Positions 25,492 to 39,647 are shown, numbered from the stretch's first letter. The stretch is 64,000 nucleotides of DNA from Bugula neritina (GCA_964035545.1 OZ037773.1:10197751-10261750); one strand, 5' to 3'. Translations and numbers: made by a program. The notes: generated by a model from the sequence alone, not told the origin.

Positions 25492-27083
25492 ATGGAATTT
25501 GAGGTAAGCATATAGCTTGATTTAAAATAGTCAGCTTAAAACAAGAATATATTCGAAATATCATCAGTTTATTATTATAGAAATAATTATGTAATTTTTT
25601 CACATGACAAATTTTAAATGCAAAACTAATAGAATAATTAGGAATTTTTTTAACCAGCTCTCATTGGCTGACCGGCCGGGAATGTTTACAATTATAAAGT
25701 TAGAATATTTACACTCATGTTTTACTACTCTGTACACATGTATATATGTACATCGGGTAGTTTTGTTGCTCTAAATTAATCTCAAGACGCCAAATATAAT
25801 TGTTTCAGTTAGTAAAGCTCATTATAAAACAAAATAAATTAGTATGCAGCCCTATAAGCAAGTTGTCATTGACTCAAATCAATTTATCAGCCTATCTTCA
25901 TGCAGTATTATACAAATACTGTCAACCAAATTCTGTATAAAACTAGAACTTGTACTAACTCTTACCAACACCTTCTGACTCAGCCAACACACATCTGTAT
26001 CAAGGAACTGAGAGAACTAGTATACCCATCTGATAACCCTGGAAATGTGGCCAGTCATTTCTTTAAAAGGAGTCGACTGTACGACCACCACTTTATGACT
26101 CTGGGACTGGTAGCTGTAGAGGAGAACCCAATGGTAATGCCTCATCTGGTCTCCTCATATAATTAGTGCTGCATGGTTTTCAAAAGTTGTTACGCAAATA
26201 AAAATAAAAACAAATATCAATTCAAACAGAAGTTTTTAGACAAATATACTAGCGTGAAACAAATTATTTTATTTCCAACATGTATTCAGTATTGAAACTT
26301 TTCTAAAATGAATTTTATTTGAAGTAAAAGAAGAGGATCAGTGACTTTAGATCTGACTGATTTAAACTATTTATAATTTTCATATTATCTTAGGTGCTTG
26401 AGCTTCGCTACATTCACTACTCAAAGGGAGAGTTCTCTTTAAAAAGAGTACAAGATGCTTTTTTAAGAGGTCACATCTCGTGGGGGGAAGTAACTATCCA
26501 CAAGGCAAAAATACTAAAGTTGGAGGTATTGAATAATTTTTATCTCTCTACTATAGCTTTTAAAAAAGCAAATTTTAAAGTTGTGTTGAAAGTTACTGTA
26601 CAATATTTTAAAGAAATAATGTTAATTTTGTTCTGGAAGGTTTTGTCAATCAAAACTATGTATATACTGCATGTTGAATAATTTTAAACTATTGTATGAA
26701 ATTTTAAATGCCATCTTTTCCAGTATTTTCTATTTTAGAATAAAGAAGGTAAAATGAACTCGTTACAGATCCTATCAGATGAAGGACACATTTTGAATAG
26801 TTACGAAAATGGACAGATTTTTCGTGTGCACTATCACTTCTATTCAACCAACGCTCTTGAGAGAGCTGAGGTAGCAGAGAAGGCGCTGAGACGGTGTGGG
26901 GACTTGAGGTATAAAGTCTCACAAAACAACTGTGAGCATTTGGTGACGGAGATTCTGACAGGTAGAGCCGTTAGCAGACAACTGGAGAAAGAGAATACAC
27001 TAGTGGCAGTAATACTCTTTGACATAACTCTTGGGAAGATCCACATTGAGGTCTTGAAGTTTGTGACTCAGTTACTTCTATAA
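25492..27083 (+). CDS. LRAT/PLAAT-like (H-box/NC) protein, copy 1, C-terminally truncated (~212 aa; possible pseudogene)
   Basis: Exons 25492-25503 (MEFE), 25984-26133 (YDHHFMT), 26394-26525 (YIHY), 26739-27083 (YKVSQNNCEHLV). Stops where paralogs continue ~200 aa further. Confidence 0.75.
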
Positions 27084-27566
27084 ACTGAGTAAACAGTAAA
27101 ACATTGCAGTAGCAAATCTCTGTCTAGAGGTAAATATTTTCTTTATACGGCAGATAAAAGCAGTTCTGGCTACTCCTGAGCAGTTTATTGGAAAGGCAAC
27201 TCTAGCAAGTCTATAAAACTATGCTAAATGTTTTGTTATCTACTTAAAGTAGCCTGAAATATCGCTTTTATTCTATGTATCGGCTAACTTTTTATACCAC
27301 AGAAAGTCACTGGAAATGACAGCATAGGTAAAATTGTAACTCACAGTCTACACTATGACTAACAGCTGGAGAATACTTTGGGAAAGATATAAATAGATTA
27401 GCTGATGACACAGCGGAATTGCCGAGTTTTATCAAACACGATAAGTACCTTTAACCCGGAGCTATAATGTGGCAGAGACGTGTTTCACACAGCTTCAGAT
27501 GCTGATAAAAAGAGTGCATATTGTAAGATAAGACAAACCGTAAATATTGTATAAGACTATTTAAAC

Positions 27567-29299
27567 CAGGGGTGTCCAACCTTTTCAGACCGAGGGCCAC
27601 TCTGCAAGTTTCATCTTGAGCCGAGGGCCACAACATTTTTTCTGTTTTTAAAAATCAATTTTCAAGATTGATTAAGCATCTGCAGGCTATATGTATTGTA
27701 ATTATAAGCAATGGCTAGGCTTTGCATTTTTATTAAAATCATATAACACATTTAAATCGATATTTATGTGTGTGTGTGTATGTGTGTGTATGTGTGTGTA
27801 TGTGTGTATACGCATTTAATTAAAATAGGTAAACAAGAAACACAAATACAAAATTGTAACCAAACCCAAATTATACATATATACGTACAAAGTAAATATT
27901 CATGATATTATTCATGCAAAATTTAAACAAGATATGCCAGTGCTAAAAGTCTATATACTCATAGCGGTAGCCTATAGTTATATTTTACAACCATCAGTGA
28001 GACACTTGTGAGTACACAGTGAGTATTGTTTGCCTTGAACAATTCTGTTAATATCTGGTTCCGTATCAGAACATATAACCCTTAGTTGCTGGACTAAGTG
28101 CTGACTAGTGAGTGAAGTGTGATATTTATTTTTGTGTATTTCATTTGACTAAAAATTGAAAGTTCAAACCTTCAAGCCATCTCAGTGATAGTGCTGTGCA
28201 GTGCAGCATCTAACAATAGTATGCTATGAAAGTTAGCTATAAATAGTATAAGTTTTATAGTACCTAACAGTCAAAGGTCAAATGTCGAAGGTCAAGGCGA
28301 TCAGAAATCTCAAATCATTTCAGTACATACTCGTACAAAATTCATTATAAAACAAAATTGTTTAGGCATCTAACCTTAAAACAGTATGTAAATGAAAACT
28401 AACATACATAAGAATATTTTAGTACTGCATAAGTGAAGTGTGCCAGAGATTCTTCAACTACTTATCTTTCACAATACAATCAATAAAAGTGAGATCTCAG
28501 TTATACTTTCAAAAAAGTCTTGTCTCTATATATGGCCAGTCCTGATTAAATGTTTTTGAAATATCTGTCTGCACAAGATAGCTAAGGGCAACTTTTTAGC
28601 TGCAACTGCCTTGCTCAGGTTTGCATTGTAACTGTGTAAAAATTTAGTACCAGTAAAAAAATATCATTTAATTGTATGCTACTAGAATCAAAATTTAAAA
28701 ATTATGGTGTGAATCTTATTTTTTTCCAGTGCAATTTTTTGGAATTTTTTCATTCTTTTGCAAAGTTCTAGAAAAAAAACTGCACATTTTCGGCTAATTT
28801 TGCCTGAAAAGTTGATTGTTTAGTACCAGTAAAATAACTTAGCAAGAAAGCATGATATCTGAATAAAAAAGCAATGACTTATAGATTTTATATAAATTGT
28901 GGATTTATACACGGGGAATGGTATATTTCTTTTCAAGTAGTAAGCACTGTGCTCACTTCACGCTTCAGTGAACGAGTAGAGATGAGAATATAATATAGGG
29001 GTCTACATATTGTAAGTCACAAGCTTGCTAGCTAACAGGCTATAATGACTAGCTTGCTGTTATTGGTTGTAGTTTGATCTCAGGCTAAACAATAATAAGT
29101 AGGTAACACGCATGCCACCCACAGAACAATATTGTACAAGAAATTAAACTACATTTTAATAGAAATTGTGCTGCTGTTTCAGGCTAGTTAGCAAATTTGA
29201 TTTAAACAAAAAATTTGTAACTTGCTATACCTTGGGGGGCCACACAAATATAGCTGGAGGGCCGGATCCGGCCCCCGGGCCGCCTGTTGGACAGCCCTG
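27567..29299 (-). mobile_element. Non-autonomous hAT DNA transposon, copy 2 (inverted relative to copy 1)
   Basis: Reverse complement of 20158-21859 with few differences; TIRs caggggtgtccaac / gttggacagccctg; 8-bp TSD atttaaac at 27559-27566 and 29300-29307. Confidence 0.93.
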
Positions 29300-29824
29300 A
29301 TTTAAACAAAAGCAGTCTTGTCAAACTATGGAATTTGCAATTTTATTTAGGCCTGCTTACTTGTCACATGTTATTCTATATAAACAAAAAACAAAGACAA
29401 GTGATATTTGTTATTCTACAGGTTTTTTTATTCTGATCTCTCTAAGTATAATATATTTAAGCATTCAGTTGTATATAGGTAAACAAATTTTCTAATAGAA
29501 ATGTGAATGCCATGCAAACAACTAATTTGTTAACTCATATTTACAATGTTACCCGCACCTACAAGTTTAGCTTTAGTATAATATAATATTATATACAATT
29601 ACAGGTGCATTAATTTTGGCTATACATAATAGTATATAAGAAGTTGCTGATATGCATTGCACAATGTTTGCTTTCTATGTTCTTATCAGAGATTTAGTCA
29701 TGAGTAATTTTCCCAAAGTTTTTCAGCTGACTTAGCAGTGTTTCCTGCATATAAAAGCTTTGCTACAGATCGTATCAAGTCAGTATATTTTAGGTTCACG
29801 GCAGCAGGGAGAGGAGACTGTAGA

Positions 29825-32222
29825 ATGGCATCAGAGGTAAGCTGGGTAATACATTATTTATATAATAAAATATTTCTAATGTCTTTAGAACGTCTATGCT
29901 AACAAAATTACACTCAGGTAACAGCAGCTACAAAAAAAACTATTTTTTGATTTAATTTTTAATGTTGTCAGCGTAAAACGCTATTTTTAGAATTATAGGA
30001 AGGTTTTCTCAGAATTTACTTTAGTATTGAAAAACAGTCTGGCAATACAAAATAAACTGGGAGCAAATAAGTAAAATTTTAATACCTACAAACCCATTGA
30101 CCAGTATGTTTTAGATGTCAATTTCCAGCTAAATTTTTACAATCAAAATAATTTAAAATAGCTGTTTTCCTATTGGCATTAGGACAATTTGCGACTGCAT
30201 TTTAATATGTAACATTTTTAAATTTCTGCCTAAAGTATGAAATCATTTATATAGAAACTGTTTTTCATGAGAAAATAATGCCCTTCATGCATGTAGAGCT
30301 TTTTACATAATGTATACACATAGAATAAAATTCTTCAGCCATTTACTTGAGCCACAACATTGCCATGTGAGACTATATAGAACTTATCATTGTGCACTGT
30401 TCTTTGTCTTAGCTGAATTAGCTTTCAGTTACATGTCATGTCCTGAAAACTGGTGTTGTTCTCAATTCAGCCAATAGAAACCTGTATAAGAGACTTGAAG
30501 GAGTTGGTGACTCCAGCCGATGATCCAGACAACATTGCCAATCACTTTCTTGTCCGTAAAAAATTTTATGATCACCATTTCATGACTCTCCTTGCTGCTC
30601 TTAAGGAAAATGACTCATCAGTGAGATTATATTTCGAATTATTTTAGTAAATTCAAAAGTTGAAAAAAAGTAAATAATCTTAAACAATCACATGCACTTA
30701 AAATATTGTTAGTAATTTACTAAAATGCCTTAATAATATACTATAAATGTGATATAAATTAACTAGGATATAACAGTAGAATAATATACTATTTTTACCG
30801 GTGCCATTTTTACTGGACATTATAGAAAATCGATTGCTATTAAATTGACAAATTTTTATCTTAAATGGTGTTTATGACTGACCTTCAGTGCTTAATTTGA
30901 CATAAAATGTTTTTGTTTCAGATTATTGCGTTGCTCTACATACATTATACAACAGCTAAACCTTCATTGGAAGGAGTGAAGGATGCGTTTATACAAGGCT
31001 ATATCTCATGGGCTGAAGTTCAAGTACACACTGCTCTAATCAAAGTAGAGGTAAGCAGATGGCTTAATATGTCTCATTCTTCACAGTATTGCATTTTATA
31101 CCAACAACCACATCATATATTTTCATATTTAACAGCAAAATTACATGCACAAGAAACATTTTATTCTTTAGTATTTTATGTATCAAAGTATGCGAGTGCA
31201 TGCGTTTATATAATTTGCATATCTTACTTGATATGGTAAATTGGTAAATATAATGTCAACATTTTTTGTAGGCTAAAGATGATAAAGCTGCTAACATGCG
31301 TATTCTCTCAGATGAAGGCAAACAGCTGGAATACTACAAAAAAGGGAAGGTATTCAGAGTCCAAAGAGACTCTTACCCTACTGACTATGATGATAAGGTT
31401 GAAGCAGTAGAAAGGGCATTGAAGCGATTAGGAGAGAAGGCTTACAGGGTACCTTTCAACAACTGTGAGCACCTGGTCACGTATGCCCTGACTGGCATAG
31501 CAACCTGTCAACAGTTAGAAAATAAATTGGGTCGGGCTATTGTCGTGGATGAATGGGCATGCAAATTTCATATTAAAACTGTGGTCGAAGTGGTGAAAGC
31601 GTTGCCTTCAGTTTTGACCAAACTTGGAAAAATTTCCACTCCAGTGTTAAAGAAGGAGTTTTTGAGTCTGTTTGCTTCATTCTTTGATGAGGGTGTAGAA
31701 TACATGGTAACTGGAGCAGTGAGCAGTGCAGCTAAGGAGGTTGGTGGTATAGCAACGAGAAGTTGCATAAACTTTGGTTCTGCCGCTGCAATAGAGCTAG
31801 TCGTTCTCATTTTCCATACAGTCGGAGATTTGTTCATGTATAAAAAGAAAAAGAAATCTGCAGCAGAAGTTGCACAGAATTTTCTAAGAGGGATTGTGGG
31901 TGTGGTAGGAACCTCTCTTGGCACATTTTTAGGAGGCCTCATACTTGGTACAGTATTTGCATTTGTTGGTTTAGCTCCACTCGGTTTGACTATAGGGAAC
32001 ATAGTAGGTGGAGTAGTAGGGAATATTGCAGCAAGGAAGCTTGGGAATAATTGGCTCACAGGTGGTCGAATTGAGGCAAAGCTAATCAAATTTATTGAAT
32101 GCAAGTTTAAGCCATTCAAAGCACAACCACTGCAAGCACTGCAAGCCTCAAAGAGCCAGGAGCTACTTAGGCATATTATGTCATCCCAAAGAAAATTGGC
32201 CGTTGCATTACCAGCAATCTAA
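29825..32222 (+). CDS. LRAT/PLAAT-like protein with hydrophobic glycine-zipper tail, copy 2 (~413 aa)
   Basis: Exons 29825-29836 (MASE), 30471-30620 (YDHHFMT), 30922-31050 (YIHY), 31272-32222 (YRVPFNNCEHLV; GIVGVVGTSLGTFLGGLILG...GLTIGNIVGGVVG). All introns phase 0. TATAAAAG at 29750-29757. Confidence 0.88.
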
Positions 32223-32580
32223 CTGCTCAAATCAGAGCGACTTGACTTTTTTTTACTTATAATCATATTCTAGCAGTTAATATGTTTATTTGGTTTAGAT
32301 TTCAACTTAATATTGACTCCTCTTTTATTGAAATATTTGGTCATACAAATATTGTTTTGGTATTTATACCCCTATTTATTTGCTTTTTAATTTCTTATAA
32401 AAATCTGGCTAACATAAATAGCTATGCTTTTAAAATAAAAACTTTTGTCTGTAGTTCTTGATCTTGATTGGGTCGAGTCCCAAGACCTCTCCGAGAGAGT
32501 AATAAAAAAACAACTGTGAAAACGCTTGATAACATATTTTATTGCTTACGCGTATCCTTATAAGAAGTTTATACTCTCTA

Positions 32581-32619
<39 letters not shown>

Positions 32620-34424
32620 CCTTTACCATGCTGAGTGTCATAAAAGTAACTTTTATCAACTTTGAAACTTTAACTGCTTCTCCACATACCATTAAGTGGT
32701 GCTCTTAAAATTACACAGCAGTTTAAGATTTCTATATATATATGTATATATATACATAAATACCTGACAAAGTACAGTTTCTGACTGTTCAAAGTATAAT
32801 AAAACATATATCATATAGGATAATGTCAAACTGAAGTAGTTGCGTAAGTCCCCATACATTGAGCTGACGAACATTCTCAGCGATAAATTCTTCATGGTAG
32901 GAAAATGGTTTGATATTTCCAGATGACATAGATAGCCTATTGTGCAAAATGTATTATATACACAGTAATACACTATTCAACTGGTAAGAGAAAATAACTC
33001 CTAAATAAATAGCAAAGATAATATAGTGTGTTTTGTAGAGCTGCAGTGTGATGATGTACGTGTTATCCAAATCACAGATATAAGTACAGGATGATTGTTA
33101 AAGTAGTTGTAGTTGATATGTAAACATTACAGTTTGATTGGCTTGTATATTTAATTCTCTCTCATTATAATCTATAGCACATGTATGCCGTTAAACGAGT
33201 GCATTGTGTTTTCTAAGCTGAACCTAAAAAGAAGACAACTACCAACCGATAATCTCAGAAACAAGCGGTCAGTCTCGTAGTTTTGGTGTCTTCATGGCAT
33301 TTTAATGTTTGGAACATCTGCACTTTATTTATTTAAATGTTTCTGCAAGCAGTTTTGTTATGTTCCTTCGCTCTTTTGAGGGTAAAGTAAGTCAGCTGTT
33401 TATATAACCAATTTTTAGTATCTACAGCAATACATGTATTTCGGCTACTTTTCGGGTTGAAATGCTGCTTGCTATAGGCATGAATGCTCTCAGCTGTACG
33501 CGACCCATATTTGGACACCTGCCAATTATTTAGTGCATCTTGACAACATAAGAACACATTGGATATTCCAATGCGAAGTATACAGATAGTTTCCCATTAT
33601 GTTTATTCCGTCTTCAAAATTCCAATTCATCACAGCCTGGCATTGCAAAAGCAATAATACACGCCCCCAGGCTTTCTATATATAGCCACAGTTGTGTTGT
33701 TGTACGAGGAAAAGCTGCTCAATGTTTTACCCTCCCTAGTTATCTTCTGATAGCAGTATTAGCAAGACACAATACATTTCTATTGAACTATGTCACACCA
33801 TATGGTACTAGACATTCAGACTCAATAAGGAAAATGTAATCTTGTAGTTGAGACACTTTGCTCTCACTTTATATGATGACTAAATGGTCCACTCTGTGGT
33901 AGGGATGGTGTTTGTCTGACATACTTCACCAAGTTATGAGTTAGGAGAAGTTGAGCAGGTTTAGCATCCACCCATGTCTCTAGCACTTTCTGCTTTTTAC
34001 AAGCTCATAAAAAATAGAATACTCCAGTATTAGATACAACTCACCCTAACACTGACATGTTGAGCAGAGTAACCATGTGGGATATCCATCCAGAAGATAA
34101 TTATGCAGAGTTTTAATACATTTTTCTTCAAATTTGTGCAAGAAGGTAGTTTAATGGCTTTTTTAGTTATTGACACGTTTGAAGGAAACAAAAGACTGTC
34201 ATAAATTAGGCTTCCCGAAACATAGTTCTGGAGATAAAAATAAAGAGAGACTCAAAGTACTTAAGCTAAGAGTTGATATCTATACTAAAGGTGCTTTTGC
34301 TGAAAATGAAATATTTAAAAGAAGACAATCAGTAATGAAAGTTGGGTTAGCATTGTCACTCTCCAGTTTTGGAGTAGATTCTTCATAGTCACTATATGAT
34401 TATATGCAGGCCACTTGTGAACTG

Positions 34425-34640
34425 ACTATAGTAATATGTGTGCGCTATAGTAATATATGCTATAGTAATATGTGCTATAGTAATATATGTGCTATAGTAA
34501 TATATGTGCTATAGTAATATATGCTATAGTAATATATGCTATAGTAATATATGCTATAGTAATATGTGCTATAGTATAAAGATGTGCTATAGTAAGATGT
34601 GCTATAGTATAAAGATGTGCTATAGTAAGATGTGCTAATA
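34425..34640. repeat. 15-17-bp minisatellite (tgctatagtaatata)
   Basis: Direct observation. Confidence 0.9.
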
Positions 34641-35399
34641 AGATAGGCATGCCATAATAGATTTAAGTATAGCAATTAATCAATAATGTTGGCTTCACTG
34701 TTGATAGTTTACTAATAGTTTAAACTGGACTCTTGTATTCATTACATGAATAATAGTTGGGGAATCCCCTACAGTAACATTACTAGTGCTGAGCTGTTAT
34801 TGGAAAGTTTATATCATTTAATAATGTTTTGCAATCTTATTTCTGTTGGTTGTGTTTTTGTTAAATTAACGTAATGTAGCTTATTAAATCTCTTTATTCA
34901 CAGCTCTAAGAATTTCAGTGTACCTTTACAGTTTTGAGTCTGGGTGCATAGAAATAGCCACAATTTCTCCAATAACCCGAATCCTAATTAACTTTAATAA
35001 AACCCCACTACAAACTCTGGGGATAATACTGCAGCACTGAGGGTATACTGTTTGCTGTTTCAGCACTACATCACACTATTCAGAACCTAGCAACACTATC
35101 TACACTATCTATCTTTATATCCTGGTGCTACAAGAAAATCATTGTGGGCTTTCACTACTCAAGTTAAACTGTGTTAGCCTGAAATCCAAAGTGAAAAATA
35201 TTATTGGTCGTGGTGGTTGGAATTCCACAATTCATTCCTGAGATTTCATTCCTGAGATTTCACAATGCTGACAGTGTTATGTGATAAGTTATCAGAACAT
35301 TTAGATGGATATAAATTATAAACATAACTAGTAGATACACCACTTGAAGGGCTGCATTGAGCAGAGACACTGCAATATAACAGCGGAGATCGCAGAGAG

Positions 35400-35877
35400 A
35401 TGGCGTCCGAGGTTTGAATAACTGTTTAGCTCAAGATTAATAACTGTTTACTGTGAATTAAATGTTGTTAGGTTAAGATTGGTTATACTCTATAGTCTGA
35501 AGTAAGTTAAAACTTAAATTTAAATGTTTTATACATAACCAACTAAAACAGCTGATTATAGATAAAAGAAATATAACTAAAGATGAAAGCGTTGGAGATA
35601 GACTTCATCATATTGTACTTTGGTATCAAGCAATGAGAAGAACTTTGTTTTATTCATAATTCTGATCACTAACAGTTACACAAAAATTTATTTTAAAAAT
35701 AGAAAATAATGTTGCTTAGTGGTGAAAGGGAAATGATGTATAGTGTAACACAGATCATGCATGGAGTAAATACTGGCAGGGCTGTTGGTGACGTATAAGA
35801 AAGTGCATTTAATTTTGATTGCTAATCCTTGTCCACCTCACTTCTTGTTTTTTTCCAGAGATGATAATATTTTGTAA

Positions 35878-35927
<50 letters not shown>

Positions 35928-38263
35928 GCTTCTGTATTAAAATATACATTTGCCTATTACAATATCATTTCCCTATTTAGAATAAAACTTCACCATTGGG
36001 ATATTTGCAAAAATACATATTTTAAAAAAAAGTACAAGTTCCCATTTCTCAAGTTTATGAAATCATGAAGTAATACGTTTAATTTTAGCCTAAAGAAGTA
36101 TGCATCCGTGACCTTAAGGAATTGGTGTGCCCTTCTGATGACCTTGAAAACATTGCCAATCATTTCTGCGTACAGCGACACCGTTATGGTTCAGAATACA
36201 CACACCACTTCATGACCCTTGGAGCTCAGCCAAGTCTCACTGACAAATCGGTAGGTGTGTTTGAATTTTACTTTTATATCTGTCTATACAGTATAGACTG
36301 GACACTAATAGGCCTAAGCACCTGCTCATATACCTGTCTGTTATATAAACCGGACAGTATAACAAGTACCTGCTCTACCTGTCTGTTATATAAACCGGAC
36401 AGTATAACAAGTACCTGCTCTACCTGTCTATCTTATTGACTGAACAGTTTAACAAGTACCTGCTCTACCTGTCTATCTTATTGACTGAACAGTTTAACAA
36501 GTACCTGCTCTACCTGTCTATCTTATTGGCTGAACAGTTTAACAAGTACCTGCTCTACCTGTCTATCTTATTGACTGAACAGTTTAACAAGTACCTGCTC
36601 TACCTGTCTATCTTATTGACTGAACAGTTTAACAAGTACCTGCTCTACCTGTCTAGTATATTATGTAGACTGGACACCAACAACTATCTGGTCTACTAGT
36701 CTATTATATTATAAACTGGACAGCAACAAGTACCTGCTCCACCTGTCTAGTATATAGACTGGACAGTATAACAAGTACCTGCTCCACATGTCTAGTATAT
36801 AGACTGGACAGTATAACAAGTACCTGCTCTACCTGTCTAGTATATAGACTGGACAGTTGCGATGTATGCAGCTTTCATAATCACCCTTATATAACATACC
36901 ATTGTAAATGTGATTAGTTTTTTTTATAAAGAACTTTATTTTATTTGGTCTAATATTTCTATAGATAGTGAGTCTGCATTTCATTCATTACACCATGGCC
37001 ACACCTTCTCTAAACTTGTTAAAAGAAGCTCTTTTGCAAGGCTACATTTCATTTGCTGAAGTGAAGATTGGGAAACTAGAAGTTGTCAGACTAGAGGTAT
37101 AACCTTTGTGGTTTTATAACTGTCTTACACCTGTGTTGAAGTATGTTTATCACCCATAGTCTAATGTTATCAATACATCTGCTCATAGACTCATTGTTAT
37201 CAGTATGCCTTCATATTCAGCTATCTGTAGTCTAAAGGTTATACCAATATGTCTGCTCATATAGCTATCAGTTATAATAACACATTATGGCATGAATTAA
37301 ATACTTATATGTTAGAAATATACTTTTCTTTTTAAGAATGAGGAAGGAGAAATACAAAACATGTGGGTTTTATCAGATAAGAATAACTTGGAAGATGACC
37401 TCAAAAATGGCAGACTATTCAGAGTGCGAAGAGACTCATATCCCACAGACTGCGATGGTAAATTCAAAGCTGTTGAAAGATCTCTGGACAGACTGGGAGA
37501 GAAAGCATACAGAGCATCACTGAATAACTGTGAACACTTTGTTACTGAAATGCTTACTGGCAAATCTACATGTGGTCAGTTAAAAGGTAAAAACATGGCA
37601 TTGGCTATGGCTGTAGATGGATTTGCTAGCAGGCTTCACATTAAGCCCTTTATCGAATATGTGAAACAAATGCCTTCCACCGTGAAAATGGTAGCAGAAT
37701 TAGATACCCCAATGTCTGGCAGATTTTTCCTTGACTTATTCTCCTCCTCTCTTGATGAGGGATTTGAATATTTCACAACTGGTGCGATGAGTGCCATGGC
37801 AAATGAAGCGTATGGTCTAGTCAAACGTAGTGCTGTTAACATGCTGTCTGCCGCAATCATTGAGACCATTTTTCTCATTGGCTTCACAATGTACCAGCTG
37901 TTCCTTTACAAATCTGGCAAAGTAACCGCTAGAGTTGTGGCCAGAAATTTTCTGCAGAACGTTTCCTGTGTAATTGGGACGTCGTGTGGAACATTTGCTG
38001 GAGGGTTGATTGTCAGTGTGATTTTCGCTTTTACTGGAATGGCTGCTCCAGTTGGTATAACTATCGGGAACGTAGTTGGTGGAACGATAGGTGGGCTTCT
38101 CATGCGTGTATTTGGCACAAGATGGCTGACAAATGGTAGGGTTGAACACAGCATAGTCAAATATATTGAAGATAATGTAGTGCTGTTTAAGGACCAGGCA
38201 AGCTTTCTGAAAGCTATTGCGTCATCGCAAAGACGCATTTTATCAACCTTTTCAACTACTTAA
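35400..38263 (+). CDS. LRAT/PLAAT-like protein with hydrophobic glycine-zipper tail, copy 3 (~410 aa)
   Basis: Exons 35400-35411 (MASE), 36089-36250 (YTHHFMT), 36965-37096 (FIHY), 37337-38263 (YRASLNNCEHFV; GITIGNVVGGTIGG). Confidence 0.88.
36315..36857. repeat. ~42-45-bp intronic minisatellite (aacaagtacctgctctacctgtct...)
   Basis: About 11 degenerate tandem copies in intron 2 of LRAT-like copy 3. Confidence 0.9.
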
Positions 38264-39456
38264 CTTTACTGAAATGCACATTGAACCTAACCAAGGCAAT
38301 GTTAGATAACACTGTTGGCTGGCATTTGTTCTAGCTTTTTCTTGCGTTATATAAAGCTTATATTTGTTACTCTACTGTTTGTTTGTAATGCTTTTATATC
38401 ATGAGTGTTTTTGCAAATTGATTTATATAATGGTTTTCTTTTTTACATAATTCAGAGACCAACACCTGTATTTTACTTTTGAGATATTTACAGATTTTAC
38501 TGTGTCTATGTAATAATAAATTGTGATGCCCTATAATATGCATTATTTCACCCTTTCTTATAGCTGTTGATAATAGGCAATATGTTATCAGTTGGCATAT
38601 GCACAAAACAAACATCAACTTGGGTTCAATTTGATAAGAAAACTCGCAGCTAGCATTAATATAAACTACTCTACATAAAATGTTATATATTACCAATTAG
38701 AACATAAATCAACTGTCACAGCTGTTTGTTTCAGCAGCTACTTCTTTGCATATCAGTAGGGTTGTCTGCTCCTTAATAGAGTAAAGAGTTGAAAGATAAT
38801 AACAAATATTTTAATTATAGAGATGTCTAAATCAAATTGAAAACCATCATTCTTGCACTGACATACTGCTATGATGATGATGTGATAAATGAATATTGAA
38901 ATAAAAATGTGTTTATCAAAAAGAAAGTTTTGCATCAAACAACATTATAAAAATATATTCTTCTCAATATACACTAAATAATGCAATAATATACTGAGCA
39001 GAACCAGCTTATGTTGTATAAACAACCTCTATATGCAGTGAGAAATGTATACAAACAATGGTTGGTTATAGAATAATAACTCCAGTTTCCAACTGAGACC
39101 AGAATGCAGAGTTTATGCAATTATGAAGCAGTTATATTTCTTGGCAATGACAAAATTTCTCAGTAGAATACACAACAACTCAAACTACTATAATGATGTG
39201 ATATTAGTATAACAATATATAATAACATTATTATTATATTATTGTATATCAAAACTCAGACATAGTACTACTATAAAGATGTACGACAACAATATAACAA
39301 TATATATTATGATTATAATATATAACAACAATAATATTATATTGCTGTAAAAATATATCACAGTCTAATAATATAATATTATTAAAATAATTTATTACAA
39401 CAGTGATATAATGCTGCATGCATATGAATCCTGTCACTAAAAGAGTACAATAAAGG

Positions 39457-39647
39457 TCAAAGGTCACAATTTACAGGTACAGAAGAACAATTCCTTACAA
39501 GATCCACTCTAAGTTATTCAACAAAGATATGGAATGAAGACTGCCATCCTGTGTAGGCATCAGTATGAAAGTTATATCCAAAGCAGTAACCAATAGCGTA
39601 GGTGATGGTGTGACTTCCCAGAGATATCCCATGACACATTCCACTCA
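39457..39647 (-). pseudogene. Orphan last exon of a third CTHRC1-domain paralog with an in-frame nonsense codon
   Basis: tttcag|(V)SGMCHGISLGSHTITYAIGYCFGYNFHTDAYTGWQSSFHIFVE*LRVDLVRNCSSVPVNCDL* aligns to exon 14 of A and B, with TAA where they have Glu. No upstream exons recognised. Confidence 0.8.

Noticed and set aside
27400-27480. Possible Helitron-like terminus (tagctgatgacacagcggaattgccgag)
   Set aside because: Too degenerate; no second terminus or second copy in the window.
39514-39516. Stop-codon readthrough or selenocysteine in the orphan exon
   Set aside because: The codon is TAA at a Glu position and no upstream exons were found; a nonsense mutation is simpler.
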